Source of the DNA: Octopus bimaculoides
Lineage: Eukaryota
Assembly: GCF_001194135.2 (NCBI RefSeq)
Contig: NC_068983.1
Coordinates: 136,023,809 to 136,087,808, forward strand
Direction of reading: 5' to 3'
Length of the DNA: 64,000 bases
Shown here: positions 25,576 to 39,034 of the stretch, in pieces
Layout: each line of letters opens with the position of its first letter
How positions within the stretch are numbered: the stretch's first letter is position 1
Program-made: the position numbers and the translations under genes
Notes under the pieces: generated by a model
Seen by the model: the letters and a program-made list of their open reading frames with translations, nothing else
Database searches by the model: none
What the model was told of the DNA's origin: nothing

Positions 25576-27204
25576 CTTGGTAAACACTAATGAAAGAAAA
25601 TATCAGAGTAGAGAGTAAAATAATTAGTAAATAGTGAAGGTGTATTTAGAAGAACACAATATAGGTGTATATTAGATTAGAAAAATGTGTGTGTGTCTGT
25701 GTTGAGATAGAATATAAAAATTTGTTAAGAAAGACTGTTTTGAAGTTTATCAAACTACATTGATGTATGTGGGGTGTATATAAATGTATGTTGTATTACA
25801 AGAGGGTGTGTGTGTGTGTGTTAGATTAATGTGTGACTTCCTAGGATTAGAGAAGAGCTTTGAATATATGTATATGTGTGTGAAAGATGAAAGAAGTCAA
25901 CACACTGATTAGTGTCAGCTAGCATTCCTTGATAATCTAGTTGGTACTACTTCTTAAGAGCAAGGTGAAGTGAGGCATGTAGCAGCCTAAATACACAACA
26001 AAATTTCTTGTGGGCTTGAAATGAATATCTTAGAACTGGTGTACCAGTATCATATCTATTTGGCTGCTATTTTGTTTCAGCCAACACATGTGTGAGTGCT
26101 TGATAGGTAGACTGATGACAACCAAAATCAATATCTTATACTCAGTAGACCTAGATCAGAAAAAGCTAAACACCATGAAGATTATATATAATGCAGAGAT
26201 TTGATGTCAGTGGATCATCTGTTTCTTTGCCATGTGGTATATATGTTAACTTGTATGTCATATTAAAGCAACTGTCGGAACTGAAGTAGGTGGGGGAAAG
26301 TAGACAACAGTTGAAAGAGTATCAGGCACCCGACTAAAAGAATGGCACTTCATATTGTTATAGTAGTACCGCATTGTGTCTGTGACCAAAACAGTCAAGT
26401 TTATTTACGTCTAAGTAGATACAGTAGGGTGGTATAGCTTACTGTTGTAAGCAACAGCAATGACAGGTGACTTATTAGTTTGCAGTGTTGCATTCAAATC
26501 CTCCTGCAAGTAAAGTTATCTGTAATGAATTCACCATCTTTCAAAGAGGGACATTTTCCTTCTCATCTCCGTGATGCTACAGAAACTAGAAATAATAAGC
26601 AAAGGCTAGTGGGCTGCAGAAAGAAGAAGCAGACATACAAAGGTAAAGGAAAGGACGAGAAAATTTACCTGGAGAATTACTGGATGAACTTGAAACTGAT
26701 TTTGCTTTAGTTTGTTGTAAGACAAAAGCCATTGGTGAGAGAAGGTTATTATTGGTATGTTGAGGAAGAGTGGAAGAGATGGACTAAAAAAGCAGCAAGA
26801 AAAAAAAGCGTCATTATTTGGCTGCTTATCTAATGATGATTTTATTAGGTCTAAGACAAAAGCTATTTACATGTAAAAGAATGTTTGTTGATAAATAGCT
26901 CAGGTCTATAGACAAATTTCACCCTAAAATATGACAAGTAATGTGGGTATGATACATTTTTTTTTAGTTTAGTTTCTCATAGCTGAAATATATCATATTT
27001 TAGTACAAACCAGTACTTAGTGCACCATAAATAATACTCATAGGGCTGGATTGCTATTATCACATAAATAATAAAATAATTTAATGTATCATCAACAGTG
27101 AAATTATCAACATAAATAAAGTATTATTCATTGTGTATCTTAACCTAATTCAGAAAGATTTTAGGGAATGTATTTGTTCCTTTAAATATATACATAGTAG
27201 AGTG

Positions 27205-27630
27205 ACAGGATCATTAGAGCACTGGACAAAATGCTTTGCAGTATTTAGCTGTGGCTCTTTACGTTCTGAGTTCAAATCCTGCAGAAGTCAACTTTACCTT
27301 TTATCCTTTTAGGGTTGATAAAATATAGTACCAGTCAAGTACAAGAATCAATTGTACCAACTTAACCCCTTCCCTGAAAATCGGTGGCCTTGAACTAAAT
27401 TAGGAACAATTATGAAGGTTACAAACTGGTATTATTGTTAAAGCATCAAAAGAAATGCATTGAGGCATTTGTTTTGAGCCTTTACATTCTAAGTTCAGAT
27501 CCTACCAAGGTCAACTTTATCTTTCATCCTTTTGGGGTTCAATAAAAAAAAAGCATCAGTCAATTATAGGGGCTAATGGTATTGATTAACCCCTCCCATC
27601 AAAATTACTAGCCTTGTGTCAAAATCAGAA
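27205..27630 (+). mobile_element. Tandem pair of SINE family A copies
   Basis: The body gttcaaatcc...gtcaactttacctttt(c)atcc...gataaaat..gtaccag occurs twice. Confidence 0.75.
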
Positions 27631-27689
27631 ACCATTATAATTATAAACTTTACAGACATGGAAGTGTCATTAACTGGACTTGTGTAGAT

Positions 27690-27923
27690 TAGTGGTTCCC
27701 AATCGTTTTTTTACCTATGGACCCCTTTGATTTCTATTTTCCTCAGGCAGACCCTCATAGCCATTTGATGCTTAAAAAAATCCTATTATATTTTTATAAT
27801 TAAATATTAGGAATTGTATAAAACAATAGTTAAAATATTCTGTGTATTGTTGGAGTATAACCAGTTTATTACACATAAACTCTAACAACAAAATCTTACA
27901 TGGACCTTGGTTGAAAACCATCG
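27690..27923. mobile_element. hAT (Charlie-type) MITE
   Basis: Ends tagtggttcccaa and ggttgaaaaccatcg; 8-bp target duplication gtgtagat/gtgtaaat. Confidence 0.8.
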
Positions 27924-29334
27924 GTGTAAATGTACAAGACCACTTGAAGAGGAAGGTGAGAGTGAAGGGTGAAATGCTGCCCCTCAGTAAAATTGATGAA
28001 AGGTGAATGAAAGCAGCAAGCCTGCTATGGTTAATGCTTCCAATCACAATCCTCTTTTGTAATTTCCAAGCATATATATGACATATTTTTACATTTATAT
28101 ATTTCCTTTGTTTCTTTTCAATATGTGTTCTTTTTGTTTTCCTTTGTTGTAAAACCTTCACTGTTTTTGCAGCCTGTTTATATATTGTCTCTAATTTTTT
28201 TGTTTTTGTGAAAAATAAAACTATTATTATTACTGTTGTTGTTATTGTTATACTGGTTACTATTGACCATTGACATGTTTTTCATGAGCTTTTAGATATA
28301 TAATGGTATTTATAAGTCTACAAAACACAAACACAAGGGAAATAAAGAAAATCCACATATTAGAATATCACTATGAGTTAGTTTGTAAAATACTAGAACA
28401 AAAATGTTGGTATAACATCATGGACAGACAAAATGATGCTGATGTTGACAAAATGATGCTGAAAGCTAAGAAGTATCAATAGATGAAGTGTGGAGGAAGA
28501 TACAATCATGGAATTAGGAAAATCAACAAAAAAAAAAAAAGAAATAGAACAAAATAATTGGAACAAACGGAGTAATATCAAATAAAAAAAAGAAAAGAAA
28601 AAAAAACTGGTATTATTGTTGATCCAATAAATTTTACTGAAATAGAGAAAAAGACATTAATTTACACTTGTTAATGCAGGTGTACACATTATGGAATTAG
28701 ATATTGAATAATGAAACAGCAGCCACCTTTAAAAGGGGTTGGAAACTAATAGGCTGCATAAATTTGGTAAACTTTGGAAAATTTTCTGCAAAGGACACAA
28801 TAGAGAAAGTAGGAAAGGTGGTTTGAACTGGAAACAAATTATACTGAAATCATTATATGTGCACAGAGTAAGAATCACCATGGCCAATTTTCATGTGTTA
28901 TCGTTTGATCTTTACCTGATCAAGGGTATTCCAGCCGTGACCATCTCATCTGTTTTTATTTCTTAACCATATCTAAGCCTATAATAATCAATTCATGTTC
29001 CCTTCTCTTTTTTTAAGATGATAGGATGTAATTTGAGGAATATCTGGTTGCTAATTCTAACACCTTCACTAGACCAGATCTATTTTCTAGCTCTTCTTCC
29101 ATTTAACTACCTCTATCTAGCTCTCACCATAACTAGCAACTTCAGATCAGCACCATGATATTGTCTAAGAAAAAGAATATGCTGGAATTACCAGATCAGA
29201 TGTCATTTATCTCATATACCAAAACTAATTCTTCTGTCTTAGGACAAAGTCAGAACTTATCTGAAGAGTAAACAATGGAATTATCAGTTCTAATGGCTTA
29301 AAAAGTATAGAGACCAATATAATAAAAAGTGGAA

Positions 29335-29410
<76 letters not shown>

Positions 29411-29768
29411 AGCCACAAGGTATATTGTATGAACTTAGTGTTGCTGGTTAAGCATTCAATCAGCTAATCTTTGCTATAATTCTACTTAAGGAGAGCTCAT
29501 CTAGGTTACAGTGGAGTTGCCTAACAACAACAAGAGCAATATAACTATTTATTATTAATGAAATTCATGAGTTTGGGTGAGTCTGTATGCCATGAGGAAA
29601 AATCTGACATTTCATTTGAATGAAAAGAAAGGGAAGAAATTTACAGATGTTTTATCAAGGTTAAGTAAGTATTTTAAAATGTTTATGAATAAAATTCTGT
29701 CAAATGCTGAACAGAAAAAACGAATTTCCTCACCACATTGTTAACAGTCAGTTATAAATAACACTTAC

Positions 29769-30426
29769 TCCAAAGCTATTTGGCAATGAGACTGATTCCA
29801 GATCTGCAGGTGTTAACAGTTCTTGTGTGCAAGATTTAGCCAAGACGGGAGATTTCATTGGTTTGCTTCCAATGGAACTGTCCAATCCAATTGTGAGGAG
29901 ACTTGAAGTAAAATCAGGGCCATTGAAATGGTTGATACCATGAAATGCATAACTCGACTGAGATGATGAAAATGGTTCAAAGTTTGATGAATCACGCAAA
30001 CATTCTGTAGAATTGGAATAGGAGTTCTCAAACCCTATTTTTGGTGACTGAGGAAAATTGAAAATCTGTCCAGAAGTTGTTAGGGAAGTAGTTGATGAAA
30101 AACTTACTGGGTCAAGTAAGTTAACACCTTTGTTAATGGAGATTGCACTAGTTCCTTTGGAAGATGTTTTTCTGGAAATGTTGTCAAATTCATGGTAATT
30201 TTGAGAGCTTTTCAAGAGATTAAAACCATTGTGTGATGATGCTGTAACCAGGGATGGAGATAACTGTTTTAACATCAATGTAGATGGGGATGTAGTATTT
30301 TCACATTTACCATGGTGCTGTGGTTGTTTTTCAATATCTTCAACCATTGTGACAGAAGAACCGAACTGTTTCAAAATAGTTGGTAGTTGAGAAGTAGCAG
30401 GGTCTGATTCTAGTAACATATTTGAC
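29769..30426 (-). CDS. DCP1: DCP1 large Ser/Thr-rich low-complexity exon (658 nt, phase 2 to 0)
   Basis: Lies inside the longest host-like ORF of the window (29748-30455). Acceptor ttttgccttatttcag, donor GGA|gtaagt. Ends ...QELLTPADLESVSLPNSFG. Sits between identified DCP1 exons with compatible phases. Confidence 0.85.
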
Positions 30427-30699
30427 CTGAAATAAGGCAAAACAGAAACATACAATAATTAGTAAAATCATGTTACCTAAGATTTCATCTATTCTAAAAT
30501 TTAATGAATAAAATAAAAAAAGGATTTTAGGACTGCTGAGCAGGAACTTATTGAAATTTCTATGGTATTGTTCCCCTGGATAGAGTGCTAGCCTATTGCA
30601 GACTAAATTTAAAGGGTGCACTTTTAAACTTATAAAGCAGTACACTTAAAGATGCACTTCTTTTCTTTTCGGAAAAAAGCATCTGTACCAGTTTCACAT

Positions 30700-30880
30700 A
30701 AAAGTGCCCATGCTGGTACCATGTAAAAAGTATCCAGTACACTTTGTGAAATAGTTGATGTTAGGAAGGGCATCCAGCTGTAGAAACCATGCCAAAATAA
30801 ATAAGTGGAACCTGGGTAGCTCTCTAGCTGGCCAGTTCCTGTCAAACCATCCGACTCATGCCAGCAGATGATGATGGAGC
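30700..30880 (+). mobile_element. Short copy of the RTE 3' tail
   Basis: gttaggaagggcatccagctgtagaaacc...gtcaaaccatccgactcatgccagc. Similar copies at 36385-36605, 55860-56045, 60330-60540, 61640-61760 and 12720-12900 (-). Confidence 0.8.
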
Positions 30881-31228
30881 TTGAATGTTCTTTTGTTTAT
30901 AAGTCACCAAAAGTTGGAAATTTATCCTTCTTTGGTTTCCCTAGCAGTAATAAAAGCAGATTAAAATCTAATATTTAGACTATTGAGGGTGTAATAGAGG
31001 TAGTAGGTAATAGACCTAAAACTTCACACTTTTTTTAAAACCACAGTTTAAGCTTTTACTAGAATTTATTCAGCTGCCAGTATTTTATTTAAATCAAACC
31101 CTACCCCAGTTCCTGTCCATTTTTATACTTTCTTAACAGATGTTTAGGTTGAGTATCATTCACATCGATCCTGCTAGCATGGGAAGGCCTGCAAAAGTCA
31201 TGGGTACTGCAAACCTACTCTTTGGAAT

Positions 31229-31378
31229 ATCATCATCATCATCATCATCATCGTTTAACGTCCGCTTTCCATGCTAGCATGGGTTGGACGATTTGACTGA
31301 GGACTGGTGAAACCGGATGGCAACACCAGGCTCCAATCTAATTTGGCAGAGTTTCTACAGCTGGATGCCCTTCCTAAA
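31229..31378 (-). mobile_element. Young short copy of the RTE 3' tail
   Basis: (CAT)n then cgtttaacgtccgctttccatgctagcatgggttggacg, CpGs retained; near-identical tail at 1-48. Confidence 0.85.
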
Positions 31379-31959
31379 AGAAAAAAATAAGCTCAATGCT
31401 TTATGCTATCTAGTTTGAGGTCTCACCAGCATCTGGTTCGATAGATACTAATAATAACACTGAATTGAGTAAATCAACAATAATCTTCATTTCAGGTGAA
31501 AAAAAATTAGACTTGGGAAATTTGGTTTGAATAGCAATAAACTACTTCCTTATGTACAAAGCAAACAACCGCACACTGGAATTTGAATTTAAGAATAAAG
31601 ATAAAAAATGAAACAAGAAAGAAATATAGAAAGCGTTTGTAATTTTCTTGAGAAACTTTCCAAATGAATTGATAGAATTTTCCTACAAGAATGTTTACAT
31701 GTAAAATTAGTTACAAATGAATTTTTCTATGAATATGTTTCCAAGGAAATTGTTTCTTCAAAAAAGGCTTGTTATGGAATGTTTTTCAGGTAAAAAGTAG
31801 CCCAACAACAAAAAAAAGAGGAATTTCCAATTTTTACCAGCCTTCACTAATTTACTTCTGGTCTCCACATCTTCCTAGCCTCTTACTACCTGCTCTCAGC
31901 TGGTAATATCAACTACGGGTCTTGGTGATGTCCAGAAAGACTCCAGTCATGCAATATAA

Positions 31960-31992
<33 letters not shown>

Positions 31993-33889
31993 CATGTGTG
32001 TGTGTGTGTGCGCGCGCGCGCGTGCATGTGCATGTGTGTGTGTGTGTGTGTGAGGTGGGGTGGATGGATAGCTAGTTGTGAACAACTGAAAAAATGGCAA
32101 GTGTCAAGTAAAAGTTGTACATATAATGAGTGTGTCTGGTTGTACATATGTAGTCCATGCTGTGTAAGTATGATGTTACATAGACATGATTTGTAGGCCC
32201 AAGTAATGTCTATTGTGATTGTTTGGGTAGTTTAAGTTCAGATAATTTTATGTCTGATGTTTGCCTTTGTAGTACTTTATTTGATTGTAGATTATTTTGA
32301 TACTGTTTGACTGTCATCAAGTTTTTCTTTACATTGTGGATTTGATTAATCTTGCTTGTATCAGATGTTTCTGGTCAGTACTGCTTGATTGTGCCTATAG
32401 TGAAGAGGTAGTCTATCCAACAAAACATTTGATCAGTATTTTTAAACATGGTCATCATATCTTTAGAGTAGCAAGACATTTTGTTCAAAGATTTAAAACG
32501 TAACGTACCTTTATTAAAAAACAGAAAACAACCTGAGAGAGACTGAGAGAGAAATTTAGTTACTAGATTAACTCATGAGAGTACCAAGTCTTGTGAAAAT
32601 ATATGAATGGAGTTGTTAGTGTAACATTAGCATTATTGTGTAACATAAGCATTATTTGATGATTGTTTTGATTAGGATGCATATTTTGGAAATTTTGGAA
32701 AACCATAACGAACTAAGAACACTAATGTTTGCTATGATGATTTGACTGATTTGGAATGAGACATGCTATAATAGACTAGCAATTTAAGTGTTTGAATAGT
32801 ATGTGCTTATGAGTTTGAACAGAACCTTGGTGGGTAGTTAAATTTTGGTGAGATTTTCAGAATACATACAGCATATATTTAACTGTCAGTATTTTAGCTC
32901 CTAATCAACCTTCATCTGAGAAACATCATCAAAGATGTTCTAGTAGTCACCATGTCATCATATACTCAGAAACTCTTGGATTACATTATTCAAAGTTCTT
33001 CCCTTTCAAAAGAAATATAGTGTGATTTGAGGGAAAATTGGATGCTATTTCTAACAGGTCTAGCAACTAGATACAGCCTCCTTATACAGGTGGTGTAAAT
33101 TTAATGAAAATTATCAAGAGTTTTGCAAAAACACAAACGTAAATGTAAGAAAATTATGTTGTTTTATGAATGTGGTTGAAACCCCTCTCTTCTTATATTG
33201 TACATTTTTATGTAATGACCTATTGTGTTAGAGCTGTAGAGAGTTGGCTTCAAATATGAGAGATGTGTTGTTGATGGAGTTGTGTGATGTATTGTAATTT
33301 GGTAACACATTTGCTGTGTGGCACATTGTAATTTGGTAATGCAGTTGTTCATATAACTGGCCTGAATGTCACACTCTAAACTTCTTACAGTTAAATTAAC
33401 AATGACCTATTGCCAAATAACATCTCTTTCGTTCCAAGCTATAACTGCTAATATTAGAAACAAGAAATACTGAGGATAATCTTGGAGCCATACCTTTCAC
33501 AAGTGACATTTGCAACAAAGACATCAACAAATATCAATGTGATACAGACTCTACAGTCATACTGTATCCACAAAGAATGTGCTTACATTGATTTCAGCTC
33601 AATTATTAGTTGACAGTCACATCATCATCATTGTCATTTCAGGAATGTTTTTCTATGCTGGTATAAGTTTGGCACAACTGCTGAATAGCTTGGAATTTAA
33701 CCTGTATTAAATATTCTTATATTCTCTAATACTTTTATACATTTCAGCCATGTAACTATGGTCATTGATAGTTTATTTCAATACTGAGTGAAGTATTGGA
33801 AATTTTCAGTTTGGAAATTTTACAAGAAATCTTCACTAGACAACAAATCTTCACTAGACAACAAATTTCTTACTAAATAATGTCCAAAC

Positions 33890-34034
33890 CTATGAATGTG
33901 TGCATTCCTTGAAGGTACACTTGTAGCTTTCAAATCAAATGTATTTTGTTGAACTGTAGCATTGCGAAAAAGGGTCTCCAGGCTTATATGAGACTTACTG
34001 CAACTTGTTGATCCCTTGTCACCATAATTCTCAC
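33890..34034 (-). CDS. DCP1: DCP1 exon with HISLETLF motif (phase 1 to 2)
   Basis: Acceptor ctttcttttcag, donor AG|gtttgg. Reads (G)ENYGDKGSTSCSKSHISLETLFRNAT...HIH(R); SHISLETLF resembles recalled DCP1B HLSLTALF and DCP1A HLTVEELF. Phase joins the 30426 exon. The upstream join is unresolved. Confidence 0.7.
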
Positions 34035-35582
34035 CTGAAAAGAAAGCGTTAAAAAGTGGTAACTGGAAATGATAATAACTGAGGCAGTGAGGATGTCAGA
34101 AGAATAAGAAATGAAAGACAATTAGAAGAAGAAAAATTTAAATCAGAAAATAACATGAGAAAGATGAACAGACAAATGAAAGCTAGTTCAAACTTAACTA
34201 TATTTCATTGGACAACTCAGTGGAGTTATATAATGCGTTTCAATTTGTTTCACCAAAATAGTTCCACAACCATTTAAGTAGAAGTTTGTATAAAGAACAG
34301 TGGCCAGAGCTGTAAGGAAACAACTTCAACAATTCTGAAAACTATGTTGTAGAATTATTCACAGTCATATATATGTATGTGGGTAAGAATTTATATAATA
34401 CTGAAATTCCGTTTTTCTGTTTGTGCATGTCATGATTTTAGTGAAAGTAATCTATTGTAGCATTAGAATGTTTCGATTAGTGTACTCTCAAACACAAGCC
34501 ATTTGCCTAAAATAACTCCCAGTCCATTTCTGTGCCCTAGAATCCTGAAAACTGAAATATGTTGCTGATTATTTTACAAATGCAATAATTTCCAGCCATT
34601 CATAAAAGAGAGACAACTCCAAAATGTGCCAAGGCACTCACACACACTTGTTCATAATATATATGCATATATATTGATAGAGAAAGAGAGAAATCACATA
34701 ATTTAATCTGCATTCTGTTTTTTGAGACAGAACATTCATACATACATACATACATACATAGACAGACTGGCACATGCACACACACACACGCACACACACA
34801 CACGTGCATACATACACACGTGCACACACACACACACACATTCAGATATATATATTTCATGTTTTCCTTTTCGTCTGAACATTTTCAAATAAGTAATTGC
34901 TTTTGCTTATAATTTGTAATGACTTAGAAATGTCAGTGCTTCCTCATTTCTAGGATCCCATGAAATTGAAAGTATAACCCTGTTAGAAGTAGGTGTTTTT
35001 CAGGTCAAAAAGTGAAAGCATCTTTAAGGGCTCTTATTTCAATGCTTGCCATATCATACATCCAATAATATATGAGCTTGGTGACTTGCACAAGAGATTT
35101 TCTTTGGAAAACCTGTGTTTGCAATGATAATTACTTGCAACATACTCTTTTGTTATACCTCTATATGCATCCATCTGCCTGGTGTAAGCTTTCACTGACC
35201 TTTAAATCCTCACAACTAGAATAAAGCCAAAAATGATGAAGAATGCCATGATTTTACAGAAAAGTAATTGTTCATTATGCATTAACTATCGATCATTCTA
35301 ACTCTCTTCTACTAACATTCGATATGTCTGAGTAGTTAATAGCCATGTTTTGCTTGTGTTAATTAAGAATTTAATTAAAATATTTGGTGGCTCCTTCAAT
35401 AAGGACAGTATCACATTGGTTGCTTTATGACGCCTTGCTGGCACTCAGAAATGAGACGACTGAGTGCAGCAGTTTGGACACTGATCATTTGGCTTGGCTG
35501 ACTGGACATTAAATCTGGTTTGGCGACAGTACATTTTGGTGTTGATGGCAAATATATACACATAGAAATAAATACATAGAGA

Positions 35583-35631
<49 letters not shown>

Positions 35632-37565
35632 CAATTTATTAATTGAATGTGATTGACATAAGCACTTTTACTCTCATCATACATATGAACAAATATGCTC
35701 ACACATACATAAACCGAAAGAAAGAGAGAAAGGGGAGGAGAGAACATGAGAAACAATCAAAGATCTTATGTGAAATAAGTTAGTGTTGAATCAGTGATGC
35801 CAAATAAGTAACACCAAAGCAGCTATGCCAAAACTGTCCCATACCCCTGACATGCTATTGCTCACTGTTTACATTTTGTTCTTTAAATAGTTTCATTTGG
35901 AAGGAAAACACTTTCATTTTTGGGCCTTGAAACAACTCAAGTAAATATCTTTACTTTCATAGGACCCTGGGAAAAAATATATTTCATATATATTAATCAT
36001 GCACTAAACACAGCCTATTAACAGAAATGTGTAATATGAACCCCACATGTCTAACATTTTTATTTTCTATTCTTTTAGGGAAAGTTTCTTTATGATTCTG
36101 AAAAAATAACAGACTTTAAAATTTCCTTTTGTTTTCAGAAATTTTTAGCCGACCTTCACACTCTTCATTTCAGAATACAGAACCAACCATAACTTTTCCA
36201 ATTTTGATATTTTTTAAGCATGGGAAAAATTTGGGTTTAGGGTTAGATATCTAGTGTGAGGGTTAAGAGTTACGATATAGAGTTTAAGGTTAGAGTTATA
36301 TGGAAAGAGGAAATGATTGTAAAAAAAAAAAAAAATGTGAAATCGTGAATTTTTTTTATACAAAATCATAATCTTGAAGATTAGTGGAGTGGCCATGCTT
36401 ACACTGTAAAGCCAGTGTGGCATGTAAAAAGCACCCACTACACTCTTGGGGTGGTTGGTGTTAGGAAGGGCATCTAGCTATAGAAACATTGCCAGATCAG
36501 ATTGGAGCCTGGTGCGGCCTCCTGGCTTGCTGTACCCAGTCAAACTGTCCAACCCATGCTAACATGGAAAATGGACGTTAAATGATGATGATGATGATGA
36601 TGAAATCCCTACAAAAAATTTCTAAATAAATAAAAAATCAAGAAGAAAAGGTAGATATGATGTTTACTGACCATCATTCATATATACACATGAACCAACT
36701 CACTTATTTACCAAGTACTTTCTGGTTGTCATGTTTAATAGTGTTACCATGTTGTAGTATTGGTTTCAAAATTTAGCTCAAGTTTTGGAGGTGGGGGTAA
36801 GTTGATTACATTGACCCCAGTCCTCACCTTGTACTTATTTTATCAACCCTGAAAAGCTGAAAGGCACAGTTGACCTCAGTGGAATTTGAATTCAGACTGT
36901 AAAGGTCTATTGTGGTCACGTGGTCAAAGTTTGAGCCGGATCATGTAATTTTTCTTTCTGATTTTAGTGTAAGCATGGACACTCCACTAGCAATGTGCAC
37001 CAAAGTAGAACAAAGAGCAGTTATCTGATTTCTGTGGTTGAAAGGTGTGTCATGTGCTGAAATTCATCGGAGGTTTTTAGCACAATATGGGGATATGCTG
37101 CTAATTATTTTGCCTGGTGTACTAATGATTTTTCCAGCTTGCCGCTTTACCAAGTAGTAACATTAAACATGATAACTAGAAAGTTGTGTGGGACAATGAA
37201 TCTGATAAGTATTTGTTCAAATCTAGTAATTATGTCCAACAGTAAAGTATGTGTCCAAATAAAGCCATAGTCATATGAAGTTCTTTATCTCCGAATGTCT
37301 TATTCAATTGCATAACCCTAAACCCAACACTGAACTGTTAGCCATGTTAAATAGTACTGACCTTGACCATCAGGTTGAGTGGCATGACATGCAACCTTTA
37401 ATAAAAGTGTTATGCGCAGTCACTCTCACCTGCTAGAAATAACTGTTAAATTCACACTTCACAATCTTAATAAAAAAACATTACTTTAAATGATATAGTC
37501 CAAAGTATACAAATGGACAAGATGCAGCTTAGTTAGAGCAATAACGACAACGACTTCATAAATAT

Positions 37566-38229
37566 TACAAGGGGAAAATTATCTGCACTTTTGCCATAAC
37601 ATATCTTTATTATTGTCACACTGCTTTCTGTGCATGCATGCTTATAGTCGGTATTGTTGTGCTCACGTGATCGAAGTTTGATATTGATTGTGCCATTTTA
37701 ATTTCTGGCTTTACAGTGTAAGCATGGTCACTCCACTAGCAATGTGCACCAAAGAAGAACAAAGAGCAGTGATCCAAGCAATGGTAATGGTGAACAGATT
37801 CACCATTGCCATCTCTAGAGCTTACTGAACCTTCTCAACAGTGGTGGAGGTTGATGGGTGTCCTGCTCCCTCTTCATGTGTCATGCTTGTCCGGCCACTT
37901 TTAAACTTCTCAATCTACTCATGCACACTTCTACTTGGTAGTGCACTATCCCCATATTGTGCTAAAAACCTCTGATGAATTTCAGCACATGACACACCTT
38001 TCAACCACAGAAATCAGATAACTGCTCTTTGTTCTACTTTGGTGCACATTGCTAGTGGAGTGTCCATGCTTACACTAAAATCAGAAAGAAAAATTACATG
38101 ATCCGGCTCAAACTTTGACCACGTGACCACAATAGTACCAACTATAAGCACACATGCGCAGAATGCAGTGTGACAATAACAAAGATATGTTATGGTGAAA
38201 GTGCAGATAATTTTTGACTTCCCCTCATA
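37566..38229. mobile_element. Mariner-derived inverted element made of two facing 5' ends
   Basis: TA-(C/T)(A/G)AGGGG...AAATTATCTGCACTTT termini. Both arms contain the transposase start (M.TPLAMCTK.EQRAVI). The right arm continues into the HTH region (YGDSAL..KFKSGRTS..EEGAGHPST). Confidence 0.85.
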
Positions 38230-39034
38230 ATATTTCATTGAAAATTGGATATAGTGGTTCTTGTTAATAGTTTATCTATATACAATAATTTTAATATAAT
38301 TCTTTTCAAGTTTCAACCACTTCTGCCTTCTCTATTATATTTTTTCAACACCTTCGCTGAAAACTGTTTACTAAATTTATGCAGTGCATCAGTTCCCAAC
38401 CCGCTTAAAGGCTCCTTCAGTTTCATTGTCCAATATCCTGTTTCATAAGTGTAAATTAATGTATTTTTCTCTATTTCTGAATCAAAAATGATACCAGTCT
38501 TTTAGACGTTTTTTTTTTACATTAATGCGCACACTGTTTAAAAAAAAAAAATTCCTCATCTGTTCTATCCTTTTGTCTTCATATATGTTTTTTGTGTTGG
38601 TTTTGCAGTTTCCAAGGTGCTTCAACTTCCATCTTATCACTTTATCATATATTGATACTTTTTTACAATTTGGAGGTTAGATGTTGAACATGGTGATAAC
38701 ACCTACTCATGAGACTTTACGGTCATTCAGAATCTTAGTCTGTGGAATTTAAAAATAAATTTGTTTCATTATAGTGACAAAAAGTCACTTATCTTACAAC
38801 AGTTTCAGTCTGCTGTAAAAGCTCCCATAAAAGAGGGAGAGGAAGAGAAGGAGCGGAAGAGAGCTTTCTACATTTCATCCTTTTGTTGCCATTTCTCTCT
38901 TTTGACTTGGGTCCATGATAAAATTAGTTTTGACATATTATAGCAACTCTAGTTGTTTTTCTCTTTTATGTCATTAATTAATCTGGTAGCTAATTTATGT
39001 ATGAGGTGTGTATGGAAGGAGGTGGAAATGGAAG

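Noticed and set aside
36230-36300. GGTTAG-like telomeric motifs
   Set aside because: Too short and degenerate; not a tandem telomeric array.
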